This document shows positions 1-9,774 of a stretch of DNA of 53,436 nt, one piece after another. The notes beneath the pieces are model-generated. The model was given only the letters and a program-made list of their open reading frames with translations. It did no database searches and was not told where the DNA came from. The stretch lies in contig CAZTUJ010000005.1 of assembly GCA_964616855.1 (NCBI GenBank), positions 1 to 53,436 of the forward strand, given 5' to 3'. Position 1 is the first letter of the stretch. Every line of letters begins with the position of its first letter. The stretch comes from an uncultured Gammaproteobacteria bacterium (GTDB lineage: Bacteria; Patescibacteriota; Patescibacteriia; Patescibacteriales; UBA12465). A program made the position numbers and the translations under genes.

Positions 1-344
<344 letters not shown>

Positions 345-454
345 GTATAGAGATCATTATTCCCGAAAGAATAATGAAAAGATTCTGGTTATTTCTATTA
401 TCCGAATTGATGCCGATTCGCATCAAAATTTTTTGTTTATTCACCAAGTTTGAA

Positions 455-467
455 ATTGTCAAAGTTC
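455..467 (-). promoter_or_regulatory. boxA-like antitermination element in the rRNA leader
   Basis: Minus strand GAACTTTGACAAT lies between the rRNA promoter and the 16S 5' end and resembles Firmicutes-type rrn boxA (GTTCTTTGAAAA). Confidence 0.65.
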
Positions 468-568
468 TGATTTCTGAAACATTTTTGGATAGGACAGAAA
501 AAAACAGAGATATATTGAAATACCTTGTTTTTAAAAGCGTATTCTGTTTTTATGTTTCAAGTATCCCT

Positions 569-597
569 ATCTTATATCATTTGCGAATAGCTGTCAA
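569..597 (-). promoter_or_regulatory. sigma70-type promoter of the rRNA gene
   Basis: Minus strand TTGACA-17 bp-TAAGAT, about 225 nt upstream of the 16S start. Confidence 0.75.
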
Positions 598-707
598 GAG
601 CCCCGCAAGAGCCCGTTTTCACAGCTCGCCAGGGCTTTTTATGAAGAATTAGGCCGGGCGCTTTTAGGAGTTTTGAAAAAAATATAAAAAAGTTAAATAT
701 TTTTAAT

Positions 708-735
708 TTGACAGAAAATCAGCAGTTGTTAGAAT
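708..735 (+). promoter_or_regulatory. sigma70 promoter for purC
   Basis: TTGACA (708-713), 16 bp, TAGAAT (730-735), with an extended -10 TG. Confidence 0.6.
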
Positions 736-785
736 TGATAGTTGCCCAGTAGTCCTTTTAAATATTCACCCTAAAATTTCATGTC

Positions 786-1754
786 ATGTCAAAAATTCCC
801 ATCTCTGTACAGAGCGACGCTTTAAGCCTAAAAATTAAGGCTGGTGGCTTAGATCAAATTCATCAAGGTAAAGTCCGCGATACCTACGCTTTACCCGACG
901 TTAATTTGCTTTTTCCTTTTGCGAGCGATCGCGTCAGCATCTTTGATTTTGTCCTTTCGGCCTTAGTGCCGGAAAAGGGCCGCGTTTTGACCCATCTTAC
1001 ACAAATGTGGCTGACTGATGTCTTATTCGAGTTTAAACATCATTTGGTCGGTCATGGTGCCGGCTTAAGTCAGTGGCTGCCACCAGCTTTGAGCGAAGAT
1101 CTTGAGATCCAGGCTCGGGGTGTTGTGGTTTTGAAACTCAAAATGCTCCCAGTAGAATGTATCGTCCGCGATTATTTAACCGGAAGTGGCCTCGATTCCT
1201 ATAAGGAAACTAGCCATATTTGCGGCCATGCTTTACCGGCTGGTTTGCATGATGGCTCCCGTCTCCCTTACCCCTTATTTACTCCTACCACTAAAGCCGA
1301 AGAGGGACACGATGAGCATATCAATGCTTTTTCTGTGGAAAGGCTTTATGGCTCCGGACCAGAAGAATTATCTCTGGCAATTTTTAACAAAGCTTCTCGC
1401 TACGCCGCCGAAAGGGGTATTATCATCGCTGATACTAAGATGGAGTTCGGTTATTATAATAACGAACTTTTTATCGGTGATGAAATCTTCACTCCCGACT
1501 CCTCTCGTTTCTGGTTGAAGGAGGACTGGGAAAAAGCGGTGGCTCAAAAAAAATCGCCCACCGGTTACGATAAGCAGCCGGTAAGGGAATGGGGTAAGAC
1601 CGTCTCCACTCCCTTTGGTGTTATCGGCATCAACAAACTTAATCCCGCCAACAAAGAGCATCTTGAATTTGTCCACTCCCTCACGGTGCCGCCCGCGGTG
1701 ATTGAAGAAACAACGCGCAGGTATCTGCAGATTGAAAAAATGCTTTTTTCTTAA
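786..1754 (+). CDS. purC: SAICAR synthetase (phosphoribosylaminoimidazole-succinocarboxamide synthase), long form
   Basis: Motifs GKVRDTY, ASDRVSIFD, ECIVRDYLTGS, PLFTPTTKA, IIADTKMEFG, DEIFTPDSSRFW and YDKQPVR. Confidence 0.95.
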   Translation: MSKIPISVQSDALSLKIKAGGLDQIHQGKVRDTYALPDVNLLFPFASDRVSIFDFVLSALVPEKGRVLTHLTQMWLTDVLFEFKHHLVGHGAGLSQWLPPALSEDLEIQARGVVVLKLKMLPVECIVRDYLTGSGLDSYKETSHICGHALPAGLHDGSRLPYPLFTPTTKAEEGHDEHINAFSVERLYGSGPEELSLAIFNKASRYAAERGIIIADTKMEFGYYNNELFIGDEIFTPDSSRFWLKEDWEKAVAQKKSPTGYDKQPVREWGKTVSTPFGVIGINKLNPANKEHLEFVHSLTVPPAVIEETTRRYLQIEKMLFS

Positions 1755-1774
1755 CAGTTCACGCTTTAAAGAGG

Positions 1775-1796
1775 GGCCCTGGAAACAGGGCCTTTT
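1775..1796 (+). terminator. intrinsic terminator after purC
   Basis: GGCCCTG-GAAA-CAGGGCC followed by TTTT. Confidence 0.75.
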
Positions 1797-1873
1797 CAAA
1801 TAGATTCTCTTTATTTATACATTTTTCTCTATTATTAGACATAAAAAATCAGGCTATTTTTCCTAAGTTCTTC

Positions 1874-1902
1874 TTGACATATTTTATAAAAAATGCTAGG
1901 AT
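1874..1902 (+). promoter_or_regulatory. sigma70 promoter for the 2015 gene
   Basis: TTGACA-17 bp-TAGGAT with an extended -10 TG. Confidence 0.7.
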
Positions 1903-2014
1903 ACAAAGAATACTCAAACTGGGTATTTTGTACCTTTACATTTGAATCCAACAAATCCCAACATAATTCACAGAAATTCACCAAATTACAAATTAACATT
2001 AACACTGATAAGTC

Positions 2015-2974
2015 ATGAGAAAAATTATGTTCATCGCCCTGGCCGCTTTTTTGCTTGGCCCGATTATTTGTACCGCACAGGTATCAACGAAAAATTCGTA
2101 TGGCACGGAAATTGATGTCTCCACCAAAAATGGCGGACCCGTATCGATTTCCAATAACGCAACGAAAAACCTAACCTTCCTCACCGTGAACGAAAGTTCG
2201 CCGGTGACCATCTTTATCCGCTACCGTAATGGCAGTGGCTATAAAGTGGACAAAAAAGAAGTGCTCATCACTTCCAAGAACCTCGACCTTTCGCCCAACA
2301 TGGCAACTTACTCCAAGGGGAATGCTACCGGCAAAACGGCAACATCCGAGACCCAGTCAAAAAGAACCACTCCCGAAGGAGATAAAGGGTCATCGTCCTC
2401 AAATGCAAATTTACCTGTTGTTGGCGATCAAATTTCCCTCATAGTTAGGGACAGCTCTACTCACCGCTTTATGGTAATTGGTCCGACTGGCAGTCCTTTT
2501 TTAGGAATTGCCTTAGCCCCCGGTCAAATTTCCAAAGAAGTTAATACTACTTTAGGACTACACCAGTTAACCGCTTTGGTTGACATGGATCCGGAAGGTT
2601 CCTCTACGGGTAAAAACTTTTCCCAAGCGGTAATTAAATTGATTGTGGTGGCAGACCAGGAGGAAATTGTCGTTCGCGACGAAAATATCACTCCGATTAC
2701 CAGCGGACAGGTGAAAGTCCAGGTGAAGTCTTCTTTTCCTTTCAGAATAGTATTTATGTCAGGCAAACTCGCCGGCAAAGCAATGAAGCGTAACCTTAAA
2801 GGTAAGTATGATTTCGATATGGGATTCAACTCCCTATCAATTCAATTCTTTAAAAATGGCATTCGCTATCAAGCCGATCTTGAGTTTGCTCTCGCCGAAG
2901 GCGATAAAACAATCGTTTTCGGTGAAAATTATCTCAAAAACGTCGTTGCCATCGATGGCTATGGCACATACTAA
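2015..2974 (+). CDS. secreted hypothetical protein, beta-rich, with a probable internal domain duplication
   Basis: 319-aa ORF with a Sec signal peptide (MRKIMFIALAAFLLGPIICTA|Q), a Ser/Thr/Lys linker, and its own promoter and terminator. Confidence 0.8.
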   Translation: MRKIMFIALAAFLLGPIICTAQVSTKNSYGTEIDVSTKNGGPVSISNNATKNLTFLTVNESSPVTIFIRYRNGSGYKVDKKEVLITSKNLDLSPNMATYSKGNATGKTATSETQSKRTTPEGDKGSSSSNANLPVVGDQISLIVRDSSTHRFMVIGPTGSPFLGIALAPGQISKEVNTTLGLHQLTALVDMDPEGSSTGKNFSQAVIKLIVVADQEEIVVRDENITPITSGQVKVQVKSSFPFRIVFMSGKLAGKAMKRNLKGKYDFDMGFNSLSIQFFKNGIRYQADLEFALAEGDKTIVFGENYLKNVVAIDGYGTY

Positions 2975-3010
2975 TTAATTACTCGTTAACTCGTTCTTCT
3001 CACTTCACGG

Positions 3011-3044
3011 GCCCGGTACTCCTCTTTTGGATGCCGGGCTTTTT
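3011..3044 (+). terminator. intrinsic terminator
   Basis: GCCCGGTA...TGCCGGGC stem followed by TTTTT. Confidence 0.7.
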
Positions 3045-3065
3045 CTTGGTCAAAAAGCGGAGAAA

Positions 3066-3094
3066 TTGACCTTCGGGACGGGCTTTGATATAAT
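3066..3094 (+). promoter_or_regulatory. sigma70 promoter of the MBL-ndk-gyrA operon
   Basis: TTGACC-17 bp-TATAAT with an extended -10 TG. Confidence 0.75.
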
Positions 3095-3168
3095 CAAAAT
3101 AAGGTTGGAGGACCTATTTTTGTTGTTATTGTTATTAAATATTTTTTTAATTTTCGGTCAAAAATTAT

Positions 3169-3813
3169 ATGATTCTTACTTGGTTAGGACATTCTTGCTT
3201 TAAAATGCAAGACAAATCTGGTCCGGATGGGGTGACGGTTATTACCGATCCTTTTGATAAAGAAACCGGCTTAAAATTGCCTAATTATGAAGCCGATATT
3301 GTCACCGTCTCTCATGATCACCACGATCATAATAATGTCTCGGCTCTCCGCGGCAATCCTTTTGTAATTAATTGCGCTGGTGAATATGATGTTAAAAATG
3401 TCTTAATTGAAGGCATTGATTCTTATCACGACGCTAATAACGGTTCGGATCGTGGCGCTAATCTAATTTTTCGTTTTGAAATTGATGATATTTCCGTTGT
3501 TCATTTAGGTGATCTTGGTCAAGTTTTAGACAGCACACAGTTAGAGAAACTGGCCGGCACCGACATTCTCTTAATTCCGGTTGGCGGCAAATATACTTTA
3601 GATGCGCAGAAAGCGGTGGAAGTTATTTCTCAGATTGAGCCCCGTATCGTTATCCCTATGCATTATAAGACGCCAGATTTGAAAATAGAGATTGAAGGAG
3701 TTGATAAATTTATCAAAGAAATTGGCTTGACTCCGTCCTATGAAGAGAAGCTGAAGGTTAGTAAAAAAGATTTACCCCAGGAAGATATGGAGTTAGTCAT
3801 TCTCCAATTTTAA
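3169..3813 (+). CDS. MBL-fold metallo-hydrolase (Lactamase_B_3-like)
   Basis: Motifs WLGHSCF, ITDPF, SHDHHDH, HLGDLG and IPMHY. Confidence 0.9.
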   Translation: MILTWLGHSCFKMQDKSGPDGVTVITDPFDKETGLKLPNYEADIVTVSHDHHDHNNVSALRGNPFVINCAGEYDVKNVLIEGIDSYHDANNGSDRGANLIFRFEIDDISVVHLGDLGQVLDSTQLEKLAGTDILLIPVGGKYTLDAQKAVEVISQIEPRIVIPMHYKTPDLKIEIEGVDKFIKEIGLTPSYEEKLKVSKKDLPQEDMELVILQF

Positions 3814-3843
3814 ATTTGTTTTTAATTTTTTAACGATATTTAT

Positions 3844-4446
3844 ATGATTCACCCCAAGAAAGAAAAGACCTTTGTAATTTTAAAGCCTGACACTATTCAG
3901 CGCGGTTTAGTCGGAGAAATGATTAAGCGCTTTGAGTCCGCTGGTTTAAAACTTGTCGCCATGAAATTAACGATGGCTCAAGAAGAGATGCTTTGGACCC
4001 ATTATAATAAAGATGAGGCTTGGTTTCAGAGGAAGGGCGAGCAAACAATTAAGAATCGCCAAGATTTAGGCATGCCGATTGAAAAAGAAGCGGCTGAATA
4101 TGGGAGAGACATTATTCGGGCCCTCGTTAAATTTATGAGTTGTGGCCCGATTGTGCCCATGATTTTTGAGGGCAATCAGGCGGTGGCAGTGGTAAAGAAG
4201 ATTGTGGGTGGCACTGAGCCTACTACTTCTGATGTTGGTACTATTCGGGGTGATTTGACTTTAGACTCCTATGAATTAGCTAATCGCGATGAGCGAGCAG
4301 TGCGTAATTTAGTCCACTGTTCTGATGAGGTGACTGAAGCGGAGCGGGAAATTTCTCTTTGGTTCAAGCCGGAAGAAATTTTAAGCTATCGCCTAGTGGC
4401 TGAACAGATTTTGTATGATGTGAATTTGGACGGTATCATGGAATAA
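3844..4446 (+). CDS. ndk: nucleoside-diphosphate kinase
   Basis: TFVILKPD, GTIRGD and the catalytic NLVHCSD motif. Confidence 0.95.
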   Translation: MIHPKKEKTFVILKPDTIQRGLVGEMIKRFESAGLKLVAMKLTMAQEEMLWTHYNKDEAWFQRKGEQTIKNRQDLGMPIEKEAAEYGRDIIRALVKFMSCGPIVPMIFEGNQAVAVVKKIVGGTEPTTSDVGTIRGDLTLDSYELANRDERAVRNLVHCSDEVTEAEREISLWFKPEEILSYRLVAEQILYDVNLDGIME

Positions 4447-4465
4447 TTTATTAATTTTTTGCCTT

Positions 4466-4981
4466 ATGCCTAAATTAACTGAAGAAGACTTCGCCGTTGA
4501 AGCGAAGAAGCGGCTTCTGTTAAAAGTCGGAGTAGGAATATTTTCTGCCCTGATTATTGGTTTTTGGCTTTTAAGTTTACGCCTAACGACTGATGGAAAA
4601 ATGGCGGCTGAAGCTAATAATAGTGAGATGGATGCTTGGCAAGAGGAATTTGGCCGTACTATCAACGCTATGCGCTCCGGTCTAGAAACTGAGACCGAAA
4701 CGGCAAGCACTACTAAAGCAGGCAAAGAATTTTTATCGGAAATGGCCGATAACTTAGAGGAATCTGAGGCGGCAATAGCCACTGGCAGCGACTTAATGGC
4801 TACCAATACGCCAGTAAACGCTACTATTACCCCCGAACAAATGATTAAGAGGCTAGAAGATAGGCTGCCCGCTGCTAATTCTGCTTGTCCGGAATTTATC
4901 GATTGTATGCCGACCATTGGTGAAGCTAAGCCCTGCGTAATTCCGCCGGGATGTGAAAATATTACTCAAATCGCTTATTGA
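4466..4981 (+). CDS. single-pass membrane protein with a small C-terminal four-Cys domain
   Basis: N-terminal TM helix, acidic/Thr-rich stalk, C-terminal CPEFIDCMP...CVIPPGC; co-oriented inside the operon. Confidence 0.75.
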   Translation: MPKLTEEDFAVEAKKRLLLKVGVGIFSALIIGFWLLSLRLTTDGKMAAEANNSEMDAWQEEFGRTINAMRSGLETETETASTTKAGKEFLSEMADNLEESEAAIATGSDLMATNTPVNATITPEQMIKRLEDRLPAANSACPEFIDCMPTIGEAKPCVIPPGCENITQIAY

Positions 4982-4982
4982 T

Positions 4983-7508
4983 ATGAAAAAAAATAAAGAA
5001 CCGCAAGATTTAACTTTGGAACCGGAAAATAGCCTGCCTTTGCCCGATAATCAACGGCGAACAGCTTTTGGTTTAATCCAAGACCAGCCTTTAGTTGAGG
5101 AGATGAGCCGCTCTTATCTAGAATATGCGATGAGCGTCATTGTTTCTCGGGCTTTGCCGGATGTGCGTGATGGCTTAAAGCCGGTGCATCGCCGTATTCT
5201 TTATGCGATGTGGAGTATCGGTCTGCGGGCTAACGCTAAATTTCGTAAATCTGCGACCGTGGTCGGTGAAGTTTTGGGCAAATATCATCCGCACGGTGAT
5301 AGTGCTGTTTATGAATCCATGGTGAGAATGGCTCAGGATTTTTCCATGCGCTATCCTTTAGTGCGTGGTCAGGGAAACTACGGTTCAATGGATGGTGACG
5401 GGGCAGCGGCTATGCGTTATACCGAAGCGAAGTTGGCTGGTATCGCCGAAGAAATGTTGTTTGATATTGATAAAGATACGGTTGATTTTATTCCTAACTA
5501 TGATGGTTCACATAAAGAGCCGCGGGTCTTACCCGCGAAACTGCCCAACCTTTTATTAAATGGCACCATGGGTATAGCGGTCGGCATGTCGACTAATATT
5601 CCTCCTCATAATTTAGGTGAATTGGTGCAAGCTATTTGTCACCTATTAGATAATCCCGAGGCGAGCATTGAAGACTTAATGCAGTTTGTTAAAGGTCCAG
5701 ATTTCCCGACTGGTGGCATTATTTATAATCAAAAAGATATTTTAGCCGCCTATTCTACGGGCAAGGGTGGCATTATCATTCGTGGTAAGGCGGAAATAGA
5801 AGAACAGAAGGGTGGTACTTTTCAAATTATTATTTCCGAAATTCCCTATCAGGTTAATAAAGCAGATTTAGTGGAAAAGATTGCCGATTTAGTGAAAGAT
5901 AAGAAATTGGAGGGAATTAAAACTTTGCGCGATGAATCGGACAAGGATGGTGTCCGGATTGTGATTGAATTAAAGAAAGACTCCTATCCGAAAAAGATTC
6001 TCAACGCTCTCTATAAACACACTTCTTTGCAGACCACTTTTCACGTCAACATGTTGGCTTTGGTGGACGGCATTCAACCGAAAGTTCTGACTTTGAAGAT
6101 GATTTTAGAGGAATATATTAAACACCGCGAAGAAGTTATCCGTCGCCGTACTCAGTTTGAATTAAACAAAGCCAAAGATCGTTCGCATATTTTAGAAGGT
6201 TTGTTAATTGCCTTAAAGAATATTGATGAGGTGATTAAAACCATTAAAGCTTCGAAGGATAAAGAGGTGGCTAAGGTAAGTTTAATTAAGAAATTTAAAT
6301 TATCAGAACGGCAGGCGGTGGCTATTTTAGAGATGAGATTGCAGAGCTTGGCTAATTTGGAAAGATTGAAGATTGAACAGGAGTGGGAGGAAAAGCAGAA
6401 GCTCATTAAAGAACTGGAGGGTATTTTGAAATCAATTGCTAAAATTCGGGCCATCATCAAAGAAGATATTCAAGGTGTGGCCGAAAAATTTGATAACCCC
6501 CGCCGAACGGATGTGGTCACTCACGGTATTAAGGAATTTAGTTTGGAGGATTTAGTTCCGAATGAAGAAACCATGGTAATGATGACCCGCGATGGTTATA
6601 TCAAGCGCTTAGAACCGGATACTTTCAAGGTTCAGGCTCGCGGCGGCAAAGGCGTCATGGGCTTAACGACCAAAGAAGAAGACACCGTTGAATTCATGTT
6701 TACCACCTTTACTCATAGCGATATCCTTTTTTTCACTACTCGCGGCCGCGCTTTCCAATTAAAAGCGCACGAAATTCCTCAGGCCTCGAGAGTAGCTAAA
6801 GGTAACTCTATTGTTAACTTCCTTCAGCTTACCGGCGGCGAACAAGTCACTTCCGTTTTGCCTTTAGACAAGATTTTTGGCAGTAAATATTTATTCTTCG
6901 CCACCGAGAAAGGCTTGGTGAAGAAAGTAGAGTTGTCTGCTTTCAATAATGTCCGTCGTAGCGGCTTGATTGCCATTAAGATTAAAGAAGATGATCGTTT
7001 GATTTGGGCCAAGCCGACTTCTGGTAGCGATCATATTCAGTTAATTACCGCCAAAGGTCAGGCTATTCGCTTTAAGGAAACTGACGTCCGTGACATGGGC
7101 CGCAACGCTGCCGGTGTCTATGGTATTCGTTTACATAAAGATGATGCCGTTGTCGGTATGGGCGTGGCTAAAACTGATAAAGAGAAGAAGCGCAGCTATC
7201 AGATTCTAATTATCATGGCCCAGGGCTACGGCAAGCGTACCGAGTTGTCTTTATATAAACTCCAAGGACGAGGCGGTAGCGGTATTAAGACGGCGAAGGT
7301 GACTGATAAGACCGGAGATATCACTAATGCTTTCTTAGTAAATGCTGATTCAATGGATGAGCGTGACTTAATCATCATTTCTAATAACGGTCAGGTCATC
7401 CGTACTCCTTTCAAGACTGTTAGTCTCTTGGGTCGTGACACCCAGGGTGTCCGCATTATGCGCTTTAAAGATAATGATGATCGCGTTTCTGGTGTTACTT
7501 GGATTTAA
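4983..7508 (+). CDS. gyrA: DNA gyrase subunit A
   Basis: [23 protein letters not shown], catalytic AAMRYTE, GyrA-box QARGGKG and pinwheel repeats. ATG at 4983 is preferred over the upstream GTG. Confidence 0.98.
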   Translation: MKKNKEPQDLTLEPENSLPLPDNQRRTAFGLIQDQPLVEEMSRSYLEYAMSVIVSRALPDVRDGLKPVHRRILYAMWSIGLRANAKFRKSATVVGEVLGKYHPHGDSAVYESMVRMAQDFSMRYPLVRGQGNYGSMDGDGAAAMRYTEAKLAGIAEEMLFDIDKDTVDFIPNYDGSHKEPRVLPAKLPNLLLNGTMGIAVGMSTNIPPHNLGELVQAICHLLDNPEASIEDLMQFVKGPDFPTGGIIYNQKDILAAYSTGKGGIIIRGKAEIEEQKGGTFQIIISEIPYQVNKADLVEKIADLVKDKKLEGIKTLRDESDKDGVRIVIELKKDSYPKKILNALYKHTSLQTTFHVNMLALVDGIQPKVLTLKMILEEYIKHREEVIRRRTQFELNKAKDRSHILEGLLIALKNIDEVIKTIKASKDKEVAKVSLIKKFKLSERQAVAILEMRLQSLANLERLKIEQEWEEKQKLIKELEGILKSIAKIRAIIKEDIQGVAEKFDNPRRTDVVTHGIKEFSLEDLVPNEETMVMMTRDGYIKRLEPDTFKVQARGGKGVMGLTTKEEDTVEFMFTTFTHSDILFFTTRGRAFQLKAHEIPQASRVAKGNSIVNFLQLTGGEQVTSVLPLDKIFGSKYLFFATEKGLVKKVELSAFNNVRRSGLIAIKIKEDDRLIWAKPTSGSDHIQLITAKGQAIRFKETDVRDMGRNAAGVYGIRLHKDDAVVGMGVAKTDKEKKRSYQILIIMAQGYGKRTELSLYKLQGRGGSGIKTAKVTDKTGDITNAFLVNADSMDERDLIIISNNGQVIRTPFKTVSLLGRDTQGVRIMRFKDNDDRVSGVTWI

Positions 7509-7533
7509 TCATTGTCTTAATATTCTTGTTAAT

Positions 7534-7561
7534 AAAAAAACCGCTGTGATGGCGGTTTTTT
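7534..7561. terminator. bidirectional intrinsic terminator after gyrA
   Basis: A7-CCGCT-GTGAT-GGCGG-T6. Confidence 0.8.
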
Positions 7562-7563
7562 GG

Positions 7564-7597
7564 AAAAGAAAACAAGCTTCGCGGGGGCGAAGCTTGT
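7564..7597 (-). terminator. intrinsic terminator of the 7619-8506 gene
   Basis: Perfect 11-bp stem ACAAGCTTCGC-GGGG-GCGAAGCTTGT, followed on the minus strand by TTTCTTTT. Confidence 0.7.
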
Positions 7598-7618
7598 GGG
7601 GAGAGGAGAACGAAATTT

Positions 7619-8506
7619 TTATTTGGGGCCAAGACCGACCATCAAGCAGCTTTTAATAGCTTTCAGATGGTGGTCATAAATGATCCCGATTACGCCTTTT
7701 AAATAAGGCATTTCAAAGTTTTTTACCATCCCGATTTCGAGATGAGGAATGTCTTTGTTTTTTAAGGAGTATCCTCCGTTTAAAAATACATCGATTTTTT
7801 GGCGGGGAAGAACTTTAAAGTTCGTGAATACGGCGGCAACTTTGTCACCATTAATGGTGTCGCTGCCCTGGTAGAGGGCGAGGGCGTAGAAACGGTCGTG
7901 CTTGTAAGAGGCACCAGCGGTGGTTTTTTTGTCGCTAACGCTGTAGTTGGTAAAAAGATTCATTTTTCCCATCACTATTCTGCCAGAATACTCAATTTGA
8001 TTGTCCCGGCTAAATACGCCGAAAACCAGCTTGTCTTTTTTGTTTTTGGGGTTAAAAGCATAGCTGACTTTAGCTCCGGGAGTAATGCCCGGGATTAAAG
8101 CTTGGACCCAAGTTTCAAACTGGCCATCACTGCTGAGGGGAATAGGACGAATTTCGGTGGCGGAAGTCGGTATTTTACCAACTTCCAAATTGAAGGCTTC
8201 GTTGCGGGTGTGCAGATTCAGGCTTACCATATTCATGAAAGCATCGCCTCCATTGGAACGGGCATACACCGTGAAAGCACTCATTCTGAGCCAGGTGGTA
8301 GCACTCCAGGTGCCTTTGGCGCCCGCGCGGAAATCAGTGAAGGTTGAAGCCTTCAGGGTGTCAAGGTCAAAATTGACCAGATTTAGGACACCGGCGTAAA
8401 CGCCGTTTAAGCAGACAGTGGAATCTTTACTGTAAAGATTCTCAATTTGGGCGGAGCTTCCTAATGTTAGGGTGATGGCGGCAATAATAAGAGCAATCTT
8501 TTTCAT
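7619..8506 (-). CDS. secreted protein with porin/beta-barrel-like amphipathic strands
   Basis: Signal peptide MKKIALIIAAITLTLGSSA|Q. Repeated alternating strands, often ending in aromatics (FNLEVGK, GAKVSYAF, AGASYKH, VFLNGGYS). Own promoter and terminator. Confidence 0.75.
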   Translation of the reverse strand: MKKIALIIAAITLTLGSSAQIENLYSKDSTVCLNGVYAGVLNLVNFDLDTLKASTFTDFRAGAKGTWSATTWLRMSAFTVYARSNGGDAFMNMVSLNLHTRNEAFNLEVGKIPTSATEIRPIPLSSDGQFETWVQALIPGITPGAKVSYAFNPKNKKDKLVFGVFSRDNQIEYSGRIVMGKMNLFTNYSVSDKKTTAGASYKHDRFYALALYQGSDTINGDKVAAVFTNFKVLPRQKIDVFLNGGYSLKNKDIPHLEIGMVKNFEMPYLKGVIGIIYDHHLKAIKSCLMVGLGPK

Positions 8507-8576
8507 TTTTGCGGTGTTTTTTGGTGGATATTTACTTTATTTGCTTTAATTTTCAAAGATCTTTAATTAACTGATA

Positions 8577-8605
8577 ATTATAACATATTTTATAATATTA
8601 GTCAA
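8577..8605 (-). promoter_or_regulatory. sigma70 promoter for the 7619-8506 gene
   Basis: Minus strand TTGACT-17 bp-TATAAT with an extended -10 TG. Confidence 0.75.
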
Positions 8606-8646
8606 TAACTACTCCAAATAGGGAAAGTGGGCTATAATTTAGCTAT

Positions 8647-9768
8647 ATGAATAACACAATCTTAATTTTTCTCTTTTTAGTTTTACTAGCCGGGATTATT
8701 GCCGTAATTTTTCTATTATTAAAGAAAAAAGACGGTGGGAGCGATGCCCAGGCGGTGGCCACCCTCGAACGTTTAGCCCAGCAGTCCGAAAAGCTGTCAC
8801 AATTGGCTGTCCAAAATACCGAGCTAAGGCAGGAATTGGATAAAAAATTAAGTGAAACCCACCGGGCTAGTCAGGGTCAGTTTGAACAGACTACCCGGGT
8901 CATTCAAAATATTAGCAGCCAGTCGGCTAAATTAATTGCCGATGTCACGGAAAAATTAGCCAAGCTCGATGAGACTAATAAGCAGGTGGTTAATTTTTCT
9001 TCACAGCTGCAAAGCCTGCAGGATATTTTAAAAAATCCCAAACAGCGGGGAGTTTTGGGTGAATATTATTTGGAAGAGACTTTGAAGAATGTTTTGCCGC
9101 CGAAGTCTTATGCCCTGCAGTATGCTTTAGGAAAAAATGAGAAGACGGGTAAAGACTTAATTGTGGATGCGGTGGTTTTTGTAAAAGATAAGATTATTCC
9201 GATTGATGCTAAGTTTTCTCTGGAAAATTATGAGCGCTTACTTAACACCAGTGATCCGGAGGCACGCAAAAAGATTGAAGCCCAGTTTAAACAGGATTTG
9301 AAAAATCGCATTGATGAAACAGCTAAATATGTTTTACCGGAGCGGGGGACCTTGGAGTTTGCTTTCATGTTTATTCCTTCAGAAGCAATTTATTATGATT
9401 TATTAGTTAACACCGTGGGTGCGGTGAAGGTAAATACTCGCGATTTAATTGAATATGCTTTCCGTGATAAAAAGGTGATTATTGTTTCACCTACTTCCTT
9501 CTTAGCCTACCTACAGACTGTCTTGCAGGGCTTAAAGGCGATGCAGATTGAAGAGAAGGCCAAAGAGATTAAGGAAAATATTGAAAAACTGGGCAAGCAC
9601 ATGCTCAGTTATGATGATTTTTTACGCCGTTTAGGCGGGAGCTTATCAACTACCGTTAATCATTATAATGATGCTTATCATGAGTTTAAAAAAATCGATA
9701 AGGATGTAATTAAAATTACTGGCGGCAAGAGCGAAATCGAGCCGATGAAACTGGATCGTCCCAAATAA
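8647..9768 (+). CDS. rmuC: DNA recombination protein RmuC
   Basis: N-terminal TM, coiled coil, NPKQRGVLGE, IPIDAKFS, FMFIPSEAIY and VSPTS. Confidence 0.93.
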   Translation: MNNTILIFLFLVLLAGIIAVIFLLLKKKDGGSDAQAVATLERLAQQSEKLSQLAVQNTELRQELDKKLSETHRASQGQFEQTTRVIQNISSQSAKLIADVTEKLAKLDETNKQVVNFSSQLQSLQDILKNPKQRGVLGEYYLEETLKNVLPPKSYALQYALGKNEKTGKDLIVDAVVFVKDKIIPIDAKFSLENYERLLNTSDPEARKKIEAQFKQDLKNRIDETAKYVLPERGTLEFAFMFIPSEAIYYDLLVNTVGAVKVNTRDLIEYAFRDKKVIIVSPTSFLAYLQTVLQGLKAMQIEEKAKEIKENIEKLGKHMLSYDDFLRRLGGSLSTTVNHYNDAYHEFKKIDKDVIKITGGKSEIEPMKLDRPK

Positions 9769-9774
9769 TCATTT

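Noticed and set aside
345..785. tRNA or other ncRNA in the rRNA-purC spacer
   Set aside because: Only short leader hairpins (354-377, about 407-426) are present; no cloverleaf or T-loop motif was seen here or in other spacers.
3169..3813. Metallo-beta-lactamase resistance gene
   Set aside because: It has no signal peptide and matches the cytoplasmic Lactamase_B_3-type hydrolases, not class B beta-lactamases.
5270..5330. Quinolone-resistance substitutions in the GyrA QRDR
   Set aside because: HGDSAVYE keeps Ser83 and an acidic residue at position 87 (E. coli numbering).
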